From an uncultured archaeon (GTDB lineage: Archaea > Thermoproteota > Bathyarchaeia > TCS64): 64,000 nt of DNA. Under the pieces are notes generated by a model. That model saw only the letters and a program-made list of their open reading frames with translations. It searched no databases and had not been told where the DNA came from. A program made the position numbers and the translations under genes. The stretch covers positions 60,786 through 124,785 of the forward strand of contig CALIUM010000007.1 of the NCBI GenBank assembly GCA_938048735.1, in the 5' to 3' direction. This document shows positions 18,463-29,095 of this stretch, piece by piece (positions within the stretch are counted from its first letter, which is position 1; each line of letters opens with the position of its first letter).

Positions 18463-19092
18463 TTGATGAGCCTCCCGCAGAGCCCTCAGGCCGGAGATAA
18501 GTCGGAGATCATGAGACAGCTGCTCTTGGAGGTTCAAAGCTGTAGAAGATGTGGCCTCTGGGAGGGAAGGAGGAACCCGGTTCTAGGAGAGGGGAGCCTT
18601 GATGCGAAGCTCCTCCTCCTGGGAGAGGCGCCTGGGAGGAGGGAGGATGAGACCGGGAGGCCCTTCGCCGGGGCAGCCGGCCAACTGTTGAATGATCTCC
18701 TACGGGGCATAGGGCTGAGTAGGGGCGATGTCTATATTGGAAACGTGGTGAAATGCCGCCCCCCTGGGAATAGGCCCCCTAGAGCAGAGGAGGTGGAGGC
18801 CTGTTCCCCACACTTGGAGCGGCAGCTAAGTATCCTGGAGCCCAGGATCATCGCCTCCATGGGCAATACTGCGACCCAGTACCTGATGACCCGCTTCGGG
18901 TTGAGTCCAAGGTATATTGGGGAGGTCCATGGAAAATCCTTCAGAGTTGAGGCTCCTTGGGGAGAGGTTATCCTCTTCCCTTCCTATCATCCAGCCTCAG
19001 CCCTCTATATGAGGGGATTGGAGTATGTGTTAAGGAGGGATTTCGAGTCTCTCAGGAGGATTCTAGACGGCCTTACGGCATCTTATGACTGA
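18463..19092 (+). CDS. udg: Uracil-DNA glycosylase, family 4 (4Fe-4S)
   Basis: CRRC.L, GEAPG..ED..GRPF.G, VKCRPPGNR, YHP. Confidence 0.95.
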   Translation: MMSLPQSPQAGDKSEIMRQLLLEVQSCRRCGLWEGRRNPVLGEGSLDAKLLLLGEAPGRREDETGRPFAGAAGQLLNDLLRGIGLSRGDVYIGNVVKCRPPGNRPPRAEEVEACSPHLERQLSILEPRIIASMGNTATQYLMTRFGLSPRYIGEVHGKSFRVEAPWGEVILFPSYHPASALYMRGLEYVLRRDFESLRRILDGLTASYD

Positions 19093-20045
19093 AGGGCCCT
19101 AATCCTCTTCACTATATTCGGATGGGTGGAGAAAAGCTCAAGGAGGTTGTCGAGCCATGTGACCCTCCTACTCAGGATGCTCCTCACCAGCTCGCTGTCC
19201 GAACCAGCCATTCTAGCCCCTTGTAGATCCAAGGCGTCCTTGGCTACCCTATCGGGATCCGAGATGAAGAGGGTCTTGAAGCCGCTTATGCCAAGTGAAC
19301 CTCCTGTAAAAGAACGAACCCTGAGGGTTGAGGAGACTATCTTGGCCAGCCCCTCCGATAGCTTCCTTGCCCCATCATCAACGACTGACACGCTGTGCTG
19401 ATCCGCGTAATACTCCCTGAGCCTGCTCAGGCTTAGGGTGAGGAGGAGGAGCACGAAGTATATGAGCATCGAGATCCCGCCTATTAAGGCTAGTCCACTA
19501 GTGTCCCTTCTATCCCTCCGGTCATAATAGTAGCTGGAGAATAGCATCGATCTGGCTAATAGGTAGAAGAGGGATGGGAGGAAGGAGGCGAACATCATCA
19601 CCTGGACGTCGCGGTGCTTGAGGTGGCCAAGCTCGTGGCCTATGACCGCTTCAACCTCCTCCTCATCAAGGGAGCTGAGGAGACCCCTAGTAACGGCCAC
19701 CCTGCTCCCTGTGATGGGTGAGCCGTATGCAAAGGCGTTGGGGACGGGTAGGTCGGCTATCATCAGCTTAGGAGGTCTGAGTCCAGATCTATGGGAGAGC
19801 TCTTGGAGGATCCTGTGCAGCCTAGGGCTCTCAGCAACCCCTAGGGGCCGAACCCTGTAGAGCACATCAACCATATAAGGGGCTATAAGCCATTGTATTA
19901 TGTTGAAGGCTGCGACTAGGACTACGAGAGATATGAGACTCAGAGAGTTCATAAGCGATAGAACCAATGCAAATCCCAGGGTCGTGATGCCAATTATTAC
20001 GGCCAGGGTTCCAGCCATGGATAGCCTCAACTTCCAGAGGTTCAT
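19083..20045 (-). CDS. htpX: Zinc metalloprotease HtpX (M48)
   Basis: PNAFAYG, HELGH, SRLREYYAD, STHP...RI. Confidence 0.95.
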   Translation of the reverse strand: MNLWKLRLSMAGTLAVIIGITTLGFALVLSLMNSLSLISLVVLVAAFNIIQWLIAPYMVDVLYRVRPLGVAESPRLHRILQELSHRSGLRPPKLMIADLPVPNAFAYGSPITGSRVAVTRGLLSSLDEEEVEAVIGHELGHLKHRDVQVMMFASFLPSLFYLLARSMLFSSYYYDRRDRRDTSGLALIGGISMLIYFVLLLLTLSLSRLREYYADQHSVSVVDDGARKLSEGLAKIVSSTLRVRSFTGGSLGISGFKTLFISDPDRVAKDALDLQGARMAGSDSELVRSILSRRVTWLDNLLELFSTHPNIVKRIRALQS

Positions 20046-20105
20046 CTTCCAGACCTCGTTAGATGACCCTTGAAATCGAATATTTAAACCCTTCTCGAGC
20101 CCCCG

Positions 20106-22046
20106 TCACATCCGCTCTGGCGCCTCTATGCCTAGTACCGAGAGGGCGTTTCTGAGGACTATCCTCACGGAGTCGACGAGCATGAGTCTGGCTCCAGCTA
20201 GCCCCGGGGGCTCGGCCTTTATGACCGGAAGGGCTGCATAGAAGGCGTTGAACCTGTCAGCTAGGATATTAGCATATGAGGAGATCTCACTCGGCCTGAG
20301 GCTCTCGCAGGCCTCCAAGAATACTTCGGGGAACTGGGCTATTAGGAGCACTAGCTCTCTCTCCCTAGCATCTTTGAGAAGGGAGTAATCTGGCTCCGGG
20401 CGGCTTGGAGCCCTTTTTAGTATATTGCAGGCCCTAGCGTGGGAGTACTGGATGAATGGGGCGCTGTTCATCTCGAAGTTCAGAGCCTTATTCCAGTCGA
20501 AGACCACCACCTTCATCGGGTCTAGGCTCAATAAGGTGTACTTCACGGCTCCATGCCCCACCCTCCTAGCAATGTTGCGCATCTCATCCTCGGTGAGGTT
20601 TGGGGATCTCTTTGAGACCTCCTCGTATGCGAGGGATACAGCCCTCTCCAGAAGCTCACGCAGGGTCACATATCTACCTAGGCGGCCGCTCATCTTAACC
20701 TCCGGAAGCCTGACGAACTCGTAGGCGTAGTGGATCTGCCTGTCAGCCAGCTCCAGCCTTCCCATTGCTGCCAAGGCTATCCTGAGCTGGAGCTGGGCCA
20801 GGCTCTGGTCGCATCCGATGACGTTTATGACCCTGTCGACCCTATTGAACTTCTGGATCGAGTATGCTATATCCCTGGGCGTGTAAAGGGTTGTTCCATC
20901 CGCCCTCATCAGTACAAGCCTAGGTATCTCATATGATGGGTTTATCCCCCACCTCTCCTTCAGCCCTAGAGCCCTTGCAACGGCCTCACAGTCAAGTATC
21001 AGGGCCCCATCCTCGTAGGAGGTGTATGGTGTCCTCCTGAGGGCCTCTATGGCCTCCTCCACGGCCCCGCTCCAAACCAGGTCTCCCTCATAGTCCCAAA
21101 AGTCAAATCTTATGTCCAGCTCTCCCAGGACTTCCTCGAAACCCCTCACGCAGTACTCCACCAGCCTCCTCACATCCCTCTTGGCCTCGGGAACCCCCCT
21201 CTCATACTCCGTGTTTAGCTTCATGATGCCCACCTCGGGGTCTGGCTCTGACTTCATCCTCTCGTTAAGCTCGTCGAATAGGGGGCTTCTCTCCCTGAGT
21301 TCGTTGGCGGCAGAGGCGTACTTGTCCAGCTCCCTATTTATCCTCCAAACCCTCTCGTCATCCCCCCTCTCCTTCGCCTCCTCGAGTTCCCTCTTCAGCC
21401 TCTTAACCTCCTTCAGGACGTTCACTATGGCGTATATCTCACCAAACCATTCGTCTGCCCTTCCTGAGGGCTCAGGCTTCCCCAACAGCCTCCAGCCATA
21501 GGTCGCCGTAGCGACCTGCCTCCCCATGTCATCTACGTAGAAGTGAACCTCGACGCTGTGACCCCTCTTCCTCTGGATCCTAGCTAGGGCATCTCCAAGG
21601 ACGGAGTTTCGAGCTGTTCCGATGTGGAGGGGGCGTATGGGGTTAGCACTGGTATGCTCCACCATAACCCTCTCGGGCGAGTCTGTCTTCAAGAAGCCAT
21701 ACTCCTCATCTCCCGTGGCAGCCTCGAGGACGAGCTTGGAGAAGTTTCTAATGTCCGCCTGGAAGTTGATATATCCATTCTTCTCCTCCGCCGAGGCCAC
21801 CAGCCTCTTTGAGGCGGCGTTTATCTCCTTTGCCACTCTTTTTGCGAGGTCTATGGGATTCAGGCCGATCCTTGGGCCGAGTTGTAGGCATAACGAGGAT
21901 GAGAGTTCCCCCATCTCTATGGTTGGTGGCCTCGATAACCTATCTTCAGGAAGCTCAATGTCTGGGTAGAGCCCCTTTAAAGCCTCCTCTAGTAGCCTTC
22001 TGCACTCGGCCCTGAGCTGGGAGAGGGGGTTAGACATCCACTTCAC
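20106..22046 (-). CDS. argS: Arginine--tRNA ligase
   Basis: EHTSANP..PLHIG..RN, DGTTLY..RD, KMSGR, QYSHAR, DALR-like C-terminus. Confidence 0.97.
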   Translation of the reverse strand: MKWMSNPLSQLRAECRRLLEEALKGLYPDIELPEDRLSRPPTIEMGELSSSLCLQLGPRIGLNPIDLAKRVAKEINAASKRLVASAEEKNGYINFQADIRNFSKLVLEAATGDEEYGFLKTDSPERVMVEHTSANPIRPLHIGTARNSVLGDALARIQRKRGHSVEVHFYVDDMGRQVATATYGWRLLGKPEPSGRADEWFGEIYAIVNVLKEVKRLKRELEEAKERGDDERVWRINRELDKYASAANELRERSPLFDELNERMKSEPDPEVGIMKLNTEYERGVPEAKRDVRRLVEYCVRGFEEVLGELDIRFDFWDYEGDLVWSGAVEEAIEALRRTPYTSYEDGALILDCEAVARALGLKERWGINPSYEIPRLVLMRADGTTLYTPRDIAYSIQKFNRVDRVINVIGCDQSLAQLQLRIALAAMGRLELADRQIHYAYEFVRLPEVKMSGRLGRYVTLRELLERAVSLAYEEVSKRSPNLTEDEMRNIARRVGHGAVKYTLLSLDPMKVVVFDWNKALNFEMNSAPFIQYSHARACNILKRAPSRPEPDYSLLKDARERELVLLIAQFPEVFLEACESLRPSEISSYANILADRFNAFYAALPVIKAEPPGLAGARLMLVDSVRIVLRNALSVLGIEAPERM

Positions 22047-22356
22047 ACATCCTTAAAATCCAGTTTATCGACTGGGATGGACGGGGAGATCATACTACCC
22101 TCACTGAAAAATTTTTTCTTTTGAAGGGGTTCCAACATTCGAAGTTAGGCTTTTATCTTCAAACAAATATATGAAGATTATGGAAAACTTCACGTTGAAG
22201 ATAAATTTTTATCAAAAGATAATCTTTCTTTTTCATGGATTTCATCACAACGAGATAGATTAATTTGATTTACAGATATTATCAAGAGATAGGTTAATAA
22301 ACTCTCTTATAAACCGACACACCTTTTAGGAGGCACGGATATCATGAAATGGGATT

Positions 22357-23448
22357 ATGGAGATAAGCTTAGGGAGTCTCAAAGGGTATTTATCAAACCT
22401 CTACAGAGGTGAAGTTAACATCATAAGCCTCACCCCCTTAGGGGTGACGGGTATAAAGCCCGAAGAGGCCCTTAAGGGCTATGGCTATGGAACGGCCCTC
22501 TCCATAGAATTCTCGGTTGATGGGGTCCATAGGAGGGTTGTCTTCAACACGGTGAGGCCCGGGGGGTTTGGCCACGAGAGGATGGCGGACAGGGCGGCGA
22601 TCCTTATCTGGCAGGGTGAGGCCTTCAACACCCTCCCAAGGCACGTGAAGGCCATAGATGTCGGGGTCATAACGAGGAAGGGCTCATTGAGATCCCTCGA
22701 GAACCCCCTTGAGTTCTTCATCCTCACAGAGATGGCAGAGGGTCTCGAATACTACCGGGATCTTGACAGGATAAAGGAGGCCGGGGATTTATTGGACCTA
22801 GACCTAAGGCGTTGCAAGGCCTTGGCGGGCTATCTTGCCGAGATCCACTCGGTTAAGGGTTGTGAGCCTGGGCTCTATGAGAGGAGGATCAGGGAACTCG
22901 TAGGTCATAGCGAGTGCATCTTCGGCCTCACCGACAGCTACCCAACTGGCCTAGAATACATTGGGCCCAGAGAGCTGTCCGCCATCGAGAAGAGATGTAT
23001 AGACTGGAGGTGGAGGTTGAAGCCCCTCACCCACCGCCTCTCAATGGTTCACGGCGACTATCACCCCTGGAACATCATCTTCACGGGTGATACAGAGTTC
23101 AAGCTCTTGGACAGGAGCAGGGGGGAGTGGGGAGAGCCAGCGGATGATGTAACAGCCCTGGCCGTTAACTACCTCTTCTACGCCCTTCAACAGGCCGGCG
23201 AGCTGGATGGGCCCTTCAAGGTTCTCTGGGAGACCTTCTTCGAGGATTATCTCAAGGCCACTGGGGATCGTGAACTCCTCCATGTGGTTCAGCCCTTCTT
23301 CTGCTGGAGGGCCCTGGTCATAGCATCCCCGATCTGGTATCCCAACCTCCCATTAGATGTAAGGAGGAAGCTCCTAAACTTCGCAAGAAATATCTTGGAG
23401 GTCTCTAGGTTCGACTATCACGAGGTCAACGGCTTACTGGAGGATTAG
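22357..23448 (+). CDS. APH/choline-kinase-like phosphotransferase
   Basis: Brenner motif HGDYHPWNIIF followed by LLDRS. Confidence 0.85.
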   Translation: MEISLGSLKGYLSNLYRGEVNIISLTPLGVTGIKPEEALKGYGYGTALSIEFSVDGVHRRVVFNTVRPGGFGHERMADRAAILIWQGEAFNTLPRHVKAIDVGVITRKGSLRSLENPLEFFILTEMAEGLEYYRDLDRIKEAGDLLDLDLRRCKALAGYLAEIHSVKGCEPGLYERRIRELVGHSECIFGLTDSYPTGLEYIGPRELSAIEKRCIDWRWRLKPLTHRLSMVHGDYHPWNIIFTGDTEFKLLDRSRGEWGEPADDVTALAVNYLFYALQQAGELDGPFKVLWETFFEDYLKATGDRELLHVVQPFFCWRALVIASPIWYPNLPLDVRRKLLNFARNILEVSRFDYHEVNGLLED

Positions 23449-23450
23449 GA

Positions 23451-23978
23451 TTGAGGAAAGAGGGTTGGGCCATTTGGATTACTGGGCTCCCAGCATCCGG
23501 TAAGTCAACCCTAGCGAGGGCGGTTAAGGAGAGGCTCGAGGGGCTGGGGATCCATGCACAGATCCTGGAATCCGATATTGTTAGAAAGGTCCTAACACCG
23601 AACCCCACATACTCCCCTGAGGAGAGGGAGACCTTCTACAACTCCCTGGTCTATATTGGCGTCCTGCTGACCCAGAATGGGGTGAACGTGATCTTCGATG
23701 CTACCGCAAACAGGAGGAGGTGGAGGAGGGCAGCCAGGGGCCTAATAGAGAGGTTCCTACAGGTCTATATAAGATGCCCCTTGGAGGTCTGCAGGGAGAG
23801 GGATAGAAAGGGGATATATAAGAAGGCGGAGGCTGGAGAGGCACAATATGTTCCAGGTCTCCAGGAGGAGTATGAGGAGCCCTGGGATGCGGATCTGGAG
23901 ATCGACTGCGTAAGAGAATCTCCCGAGAAGGCAGCTGAGAAGATCATAGAGATCATGAAGGAGAATGGCTTCATATAA
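23451..23978 (+). CDS. Adenylylsulfate-kinase (CysC)-like P-loop kinase
   Basis: IWITGLPASGKST, CPLEVC.ERD.KGIY..A..G, YEEP; several substrate-site motifs differ from CysC. Confidence 0.8.
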   Translation: MRKEGWAIWITGLPASGKSTLARAVKERLEGLGIHAQILESDIVRKVLTPNPTYSPEERETFYNSLVYIGVLLTQNGVNVIFDATANRRRWRRAARGLIERFLQVYIRCPLEVCRERDRKGIYKKAEAGEAQYVPGLQEEYEEPWDADLEIDCVRESPEKAAEKIIEIMKENGFI

Positions 23979-24177
23979 AGAATGAAAAAGTTCAAATGGA
24001 ACTTCTATTGCATGCTCCAATTCGAGATGGCTATGGGAAGTTGAAAAGATAATTAAACTGAGATCTAAGGAATTGGATCAAAGCAAAAACCTCAGGAAAC
24101 CAATCGGTCATATTTTTGGCTAAGCAATCTCACGGGAAACCCATTAATTTCTACCCGGATGATATAATACTACCGAG

Positions 24178-25017
24178 ATGTTCCAATCCGATGTGAAAGG
24201 TGAGCAGGCCTCGATCCTCTTCGAGGCGGCTGAGAACGTTAGAAGAAGTGTCATTGATGTTTTGAGGGAGAGGCGAGACTTGGAGGTAAAGGAGCTCAAG
24301 AGGGTCTTGGACCTATCAGCGCACAACGCCATCCGGGAGGCCCTCAGCAACCTAGGAGCATCAGTGAATGTGGCGAGCGAGGAGGGGGAATACACCCTCG
24401 GCGGAGGGGAGGCCCACCTCATCGTAGACCCCATAGACGGCACGACCAACCTAGCTAGGGGGGTAGGCTATGCAACCACGAGCATCGCCATTTCAGAGAC
24501 ACCATATCTCTCAGGAACCTTAGCCGCCATCGTCATGGAGCTGAACTCGGGATTAGCATACTGGGCGGAAAGAGGGAAGGGGGCGTGGCTGGGGGGTTCT
24601 AGGATCAGACCCTCGAGGCCTACTGAAGTTAAAGATGCCCTGATCTCCATTGATATAAGCAAAGGATTCTATCTCCGTTCGTTGGAGAGGCTCATATATA
24701 AGGCTGGGCATCTCCGCCAACTCGGATGCGCCTCCATCTCCCTCTGCCATGTGGCATCGGGAAGAATTGACGCCCACATCGACTACAGGGGAGCTTTGAG
24801 GGCGACGGACGCAGCGGCCGGCCTCTTCATCCTAAAGGAGGCGGGGGGAGTATACATCATAGATGGTGCGATGGACAACGACCTAATGCTCTCGAGGGGG
24901 TCGAGGCTTAGGCTCGTAGCGGCCTCAAGCCAGGTGCTGCTTGATGAGATAATGAGCCTTATAGGGGAGCGCCAAGGCTTTGCATTTCGAGAAGCCACTA
25001 AAACCCGCGAGCTTTAG
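24178..25017 (+). CDS. Inositol monophosphatase / FBPase family phosphatase
   Basis: SEE, IVDPIDGTTN, R.LG...L..VA.G..D, TDAAAG..I..EAGG. Confidence 0.92.
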   Translation: MFQSDVKGEQASILFEAAENVRRSVIDVLRERRDLEVKELKRVLDLSAHNAIREALSNLGASVNVASEEGEYTLGGGEAHLIVDPIDGTTNLARGVGYATTSIAISETPYLSGTLAAIVMELNSGLAYWAERGKGAWLGGSRIRPSRPTEVKDALISIDISKGFYLRSLERLIYKAGHLRQLGCASISLCHVASGRIDAHIDYRGALRATDAAAGLFILKEAGGVYIIDGAMDNDLMLSRGSRLRLVAASSQVLLDEIMSLIGERQGFAFREATKTREL

Positions 25018-25672
25018 GGCTAGACTCAATCGATTCCTAGGCCTCGTAGAGGTGGAAGGCGAACCTAGAGGTTGCTTCATACCGAACCCCGGAAGGCTTG
25101 GCCTGCTGAGGGCCGGGGTTAAAGTACACCTTTCTGAGAGAGACCGGAGGAGTAGGAAGACTGCATACGATCTGATCCTAGTGGAATTAGGGGGGGTTTT
25201 GGTCTCGATCGACTCAAGGATGCCCAACAAGATCATAGGAGAAGCCGTAGAGTCAAGCCTAATACCCGAGTTTAAGGGCCTGCGCATAAAGGAGAAAGAG
25301 CCCCATCTCCAGGGTTCAAGGCTAGACTTCCTCCTCTACGGGGGAGGGAAGAATCTCTTCTTGGAGGTTAAGTCCTGCACTCTAGTGGAAAATGGGGTCG
25401 CCCTATTCCCAGATGCGCCCACATCGAGGGGTGAGAGGCATATGAAGACCCTCATAAAAGCTTTAGAATTCGGGAGGGCTGCAGTCCTCTTCCTCGTCCA
25501 AAGGGGTGATGCCGAGGTCTTCAGGCCAAACTGGGAGGTTGACCCAAGATTCTCTGAGGCCCTGAAAACAGCCATCGAGAGGGGCGTGGAGGCATATGCA
25601 TACACCTGCGAGGTTTCGCTCTCCTCGATCGAGCTTGATAGAAGATTGCCCATGGAGCTAGAAGCCCTGTAA
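24980..25672 (+). CDS. sfsA: SfsA DNA/RNA-binding nuclease-like protein
   Basis: RLNRF, PNPGRL, SRLDF, EVKSCTL, FPDAPT.RG.RH. Confidence 0.95.
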   Translation: MHFEKPLKPASFRARLNRFLGLVEVEGEPRGCFIPNPGRLGLLRAGVKVHLSERDRRSRKTAYDLILVELGGVLVSIDSRMPNKIIGEAVESSLIPEFKGLRIKEKEPHLQGSRLDFLLYGGGKNLFLEVKSCTLVENGVALFPDAPTSRGERHMKTLIKALEFGRAAVLFLVQRGDAEVFRPNWEVDPRFSEALKTAIERGVEAYAYTCEVSLSSIELDRRLPMELEAL

Positions 25673-25805
25673 TAGTTCCCTTATTTCCCATGCTTAAGTG
25701 GTGGAGGACTTAACACATTTCCGTTAACCTCCCCCTGAGTCAAACCATTTTGAATGGGATGATTTTTAAGGTTCTAAATAATTTTTATCGAGGGAGGGTC
25801 GTCGG

Positions 25806-26114
25806 ATGGGAAAGAAGAAGGTACTGAGCGAGCGAGAGCTGAAGGAGATGGTCTATCCCTCCGAGAACGACGTCCTCTGCATAGCCGTGAAGATGCTTGG
25901 ATACGATAGGGTGCTCGTTAAATGCCAGGATGGCCATACAAGGGTATGTAGGATCAGGGGGAAGATGAAGAGGAAGACATGGATAAGGGAGGGGGATGTC
26001 GTCCTAGTCTCCCCATGGGACTTCCAAGGGGAGGAGAGGGGAGAGATATTCTGGAGGTACACAGCCAACCAGGTTGAGCAGCTGAGGAGAGAGGGGATCC
26101 TGAAGATAGAGTAG
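25806..26114 (+). CDS. eif1a: Translation initiation factor 1A (aIF1A)
   Basis: MLG..R..V.C.DG..R.CRIRGKM...WIREGDVVLVSPWDFQ...WRY. Confidence 0.97.
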   Translation: MGKKKVLSERELKEMVYPSENDVLCIAVKMLGYDRVLVKCQDGHTRVCRIRGKMKRKTWIREGDVVLVSPWDFQGEERGEIFWRYTANQVEQLRREGILKIE

Positions 26115-26142
26115 AAGATCCGGATGGAGGGCTGGATAGACC

Positions 26143-26961
26143 TTGGCCGGCCGAAGGAGCCCAGAGAGGGAGGCGGAGAGGAGGCTCAGGAGGTTTGAGG
26201 AAGAGAGCCTCATGCTCGAGAAACGGGAAGAGGAGTTCGAGGTCTTCGAGGAGGTATTCGACAGGCCCACCCTAGAAGGCCTATACAAGCTGATGAGAAA
26301 GGGTGTCATAGACAAGATCTACGGGGTGGTGAAGGCCGGTAAGGAGGGGAGGATATACTGGGGTAAGGATCCAAGGGGATACGAGCTTGCGGTCAAGATC
26401 TATTACACCGTCACAGGCGAGTTCAGGCATGGCATGATGAAGTACATAGAAGGGGATCCGAGGTTTAAGAGGGTGAGGAGAGATCCGAGAGGTCTGGTCT
26501 ATACCTGGACCCAGAAGGAGTTCAAGAACCTTAAGTTGGCGGAAGAGGCTGGGGTCAACGTCCCAAGGCCCATAGAGTGCTTTAGAAACATCCTCGTGAT
26601 GAGCTTCATTGGAGTGGATGGGGTTCCAGCCCCGCTTCTGAGGGAGGTTGAGCTTCCTAACCCAGAGGATTTCTACAAGAGGTTGATAGAGGATGTTAGA
26701 CGCCTCTACCTGAAGGCCGGCCTCATCCACGGGGATCTCAGCGAGTATAACATAATGGTCTGGGAGGAGGCTCCAGTCATCTTCGACGTCTCCCAGGCGG
26801 TTCTAACGGCCCACCCGAACGCGGGGGCTCTGCTGAGGAGAGATATAGAGAGGATTAATGAGTACTTCAGCCGCCTAGGAGTTGACATCCTAAACGCTGA
26901 CTCTTTGGAGGTGTATGTGAGGGGTGGAGAGGAAGAGCTATATCAAGATTCCCCTGGATAG
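26143..26961 (+). CDS. rio1: Serine protein kinase RIO1
   Basis: GKE..IY, AVKIY, KEFKNL, IHGDLSEYNI, IFDVSQAV. Confidence 0.95.
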   Translation: MAGRRSPEREAERRLRRFEEESLMLEKREEEFEVFEEVFDRPTLEGLYKLMRKGVIDKIYGVVKAGKEGRIYWGKDPRGYELAVKIYYTVTGEFRHGMMKYIEGDPRFKRVRRDPRGLVYTWTQKEFKNLKLAEEAGVNVPRPIECFRNILVMSFIGVDGVPAPLLREVELPNPEDFYKRLIEDVRRLYLKAGLIHGDLSEYNIMVWEEAPVIFDVSQAVLTAHPNAGALLRRDIERINEYFSRLGVDILNADSLEVYVRGGEEELYQDSPG

Positions 26962-27499
26962 GGTTGGGGTTCTAATAGGGCCGAAGGGAAGGGTAAAGGC
27001 GAGGATAGAGAGGATCTTCGGGGTCTCCCTTGATATAGACAGCGACTCGGGCTCCGTGGAGATAGCCCTAGGCCCGGAGGCGAAGGACATATCCCTACTA
27101 TTCACGGTTCAGAACATCGTTAAGGCAATTGGGAGGGGCTTCAACCCGAGGAAGGCTGAGAGGCTGGCGGAGGAGGACCATGACCTCCTCATCATCGACC
27201 TCTCAGAGTACTGCAGAACCAGGAACTCCATCGCGAGGGTAAAAGGCAGGATCATAGGTAGGAAAGGCCAGGCTAGGGCGTTACTGGAGGAGCTTACGGA
27301 GACTATGATAAGCGTCTACGGAGACACCGTCTCTATAATCGGTAGGGCGGACAGGCTTAACGTGGCGAGGGAGGCCATCCTAATGCTCGTGAAGGGGGCC
27401 TTCCATAAGACCGTCTGGAACTACCTCTACGAGCAGAGGAGGAGGATGAAGAGGGAGGCAACCGAACTCTGGGAGGAGGGTGGCGCCGAATACGGGTGA
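26924..27499 (+). CDS. KH-domain RNA-processing protein (Dim2/Pno1 family)
   Basis: RVGVLIGPKG, AIGRGF, RVKGRIIG.KG; aIF1A-RIO1-KH synteny. Confidence 0.93.
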   Translation: MERKSYIKIPLDRVGVLIGPKGRVKARIERIFGVSLDIDSDSGSVEIALGPEAKDISLLFTVQNIVKAIGRGFNPRKAERLAEEDHDLLIIDLSEYCRTRNSIARVKGRIIGRKGQARALLEELTETMISVYGDTVSIIGRADRLNVAREAILMLVKGAFHKTVWNYLYEQRRRMKREATELWEEGGAEYG

Positions 27500-27505
27500 A
27501 GCGGC

Positions 27506-29095
27506 TTGGCAGAGGCATCATACCAATCCATAAGCCCCTCCGACTTCTTCTACAGGAACAGGGAGATAGCTGGTTTCAGCAATCCGAGCAGGGCCCTCTA
27601 CTCCGCTGTTAGGGAGCTTCTGGAGAACTCCCTAGATGCCTGCGAGGCTCGAAGGGTTCCCCCAGATATATACCTGAGGATCAGGGAGGTGCTTCCATCG
27701 AAGGGCGAAGAGGGGCCTGAGGTTTATTCCCTGAGGATCGAGGATAACGGGACAGGCATCCCTGATGAGTATATCCCCCTCTGCTTCGGAAAGGTCTTCT
27801 ACGGCTCGAAGTACATTCTCAGGCAGTCTAGGGGGACCTTCGGGCTTGGAGGGACCATCACCATACTTTACGGTCAGATCACCACCCATAAACCCGTGAG
27901 GGTGGCCTCAAGTATAGGAAAGGAGATACACGAGTACGAGATGATGATCGACATTGAGCACAACGAGCCAATAGTGCTTAGGCATGAGGTCCATGAGAAC
28001 AAGAAGGGGTGGCGGGGAACCATAGTGGAGCTTCAGCTCGAGGGAGACTACTCGAGGAGCATGAACAAGATATACGAGTATCTGAAGCAGACGGCGATGG
28101 TCTGCCCCTACGCGGATATAACCTTCGTTGATCCCAAGGGGCGCCTATACAGGTTTGAGAGGGCTACCGACCAGATGCCCCCGCCACCGAGGGCGGTTAA
28201 ACCCCATCCCAAAGGGGTGGATGTGGAGACCCTGAGGAGGATGGTGGCCTCGACGAGGGCGAGGAACATGAAGGCCTTCATGATGGAACACTTTCAAGGA
28301 GTTGGGGAGGTCACGGCTGAGAGGTTCCTTAACACCGCCTCAATCGACCCTAGGACTCCCCCAGGTGAGTTGGGCCCTGAGGATATCGTCAAACTGGTCC
28401 GCGCAGCGAACGATTTCGAGGAGTTCAACAGGCCTGATCCAAGCTGTCTATCACCCATAGGTGAGGAGCTTCTTGGAATGGGGATAAAGAAGGAGCTGAA
28501 CCTGACAGACGCGGACTTCCTGATGGCCGTCCAGAGGAGGCCTTCCACCTACCTGGGCTTCCCCTTCATCGTGGAGGCAGCTATGGCCCATGGAAGGTCC
28601 CTCGCGAGGCAGGGCTTCAGCGGCATTACCCTCTACAGGTTCGCGAACAAGATACCCCTCCTCTTCGACGAGTCTAGCTGCGTCATCTGGAAAGCGGTCA
28701 ACAGGAACATAAACTGGAGCACCTACCTCGTCTCACCTGACACCCCGCTTGTGGTGGCCGTCCATGTCTGCTCAACAAAGATACCCTATAAGAGCGTTGG
28801 GAAGGAGTTCCTAGCCGATCAGCCTGAGGTTGAGAGGGAGATAACCAATGCGATCCGCCAGCTTGCTAGACACCTTAGGCTCTATATCTCTAGGAGCATA
28901 AGGATGGCGAGGGAGAGGAGGAGGCTCAGCGTGTTCGAGAGGTTCCTCCCCAAGATCGCGGAGTTCTCCGCGAAGCTCGCGGATAAAGAGGAGATTCCAG
29001 ATATAACTCCCCTCCTCAGGGCTGTAGGGGCAGACCTCGAGGAGGTTGAGAGGAGGATTAAAGAGGTGCCTCAGGTTGTCGGGGAAGGCTGTTAG
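27506..29095 (+). CDS. top6B: DNA topoisomerase VI subunit B
   Basis: FF.RN..IAGF, ELLENSLDA, DNGTGI, QSRG.FG.G, RFANKIPL. Confidence 0.97.
   Translation: MAEASYQSISPSDFFYRNREIAGFSNPSRALYSAVRELLENSLDACEARRVPPDIYLRIREVLPSKGEEGPEVYSLRIEDNGTGIPDEYIPLCFGKVFYGSKYILRQSRGTFGLGGTITILYGQITTHKPVRVASSIGKEIHEYEMMIDIEHNEPIVLRHEVHENKKGWRGTIVELQLEGDYSRSMNKIYEYLKQTAMVCPYADITFVDPKGRLYRFERATDQMPPPPRAVKPHPKGVDVETLRRMVASTRARNMKAFMMEHFQGVGEVTAERFLNTASIDPRTPPGELGPEDIVKLVRAANDFEEFNRPDPSCLSPIGEELLGMGIKKELNLTDADFLMAVQRRPSTYLGFPFIVEAAMAHGRSLARQGFSGITLYRFANKIPLLFDESSCVIWKAVNRNINWSTYLVSPDTPLVVAVHVCSTKIPYKSVGKEFLADQPEVEREITNAIRQLARHLRLYISRSIRMARERRRLSVFERFLPKIAEFSAKLADKEEIPDITPLLRAVGADLEEVERRIKEVPQVVGEGC

Noticed and set aside
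23451-23978. Firm cysC / sulfate assimilation call
   Set aside because: Substrate motifs diverge and no sat or PAPS reductase is in the window, so it is kept as CysC-like only
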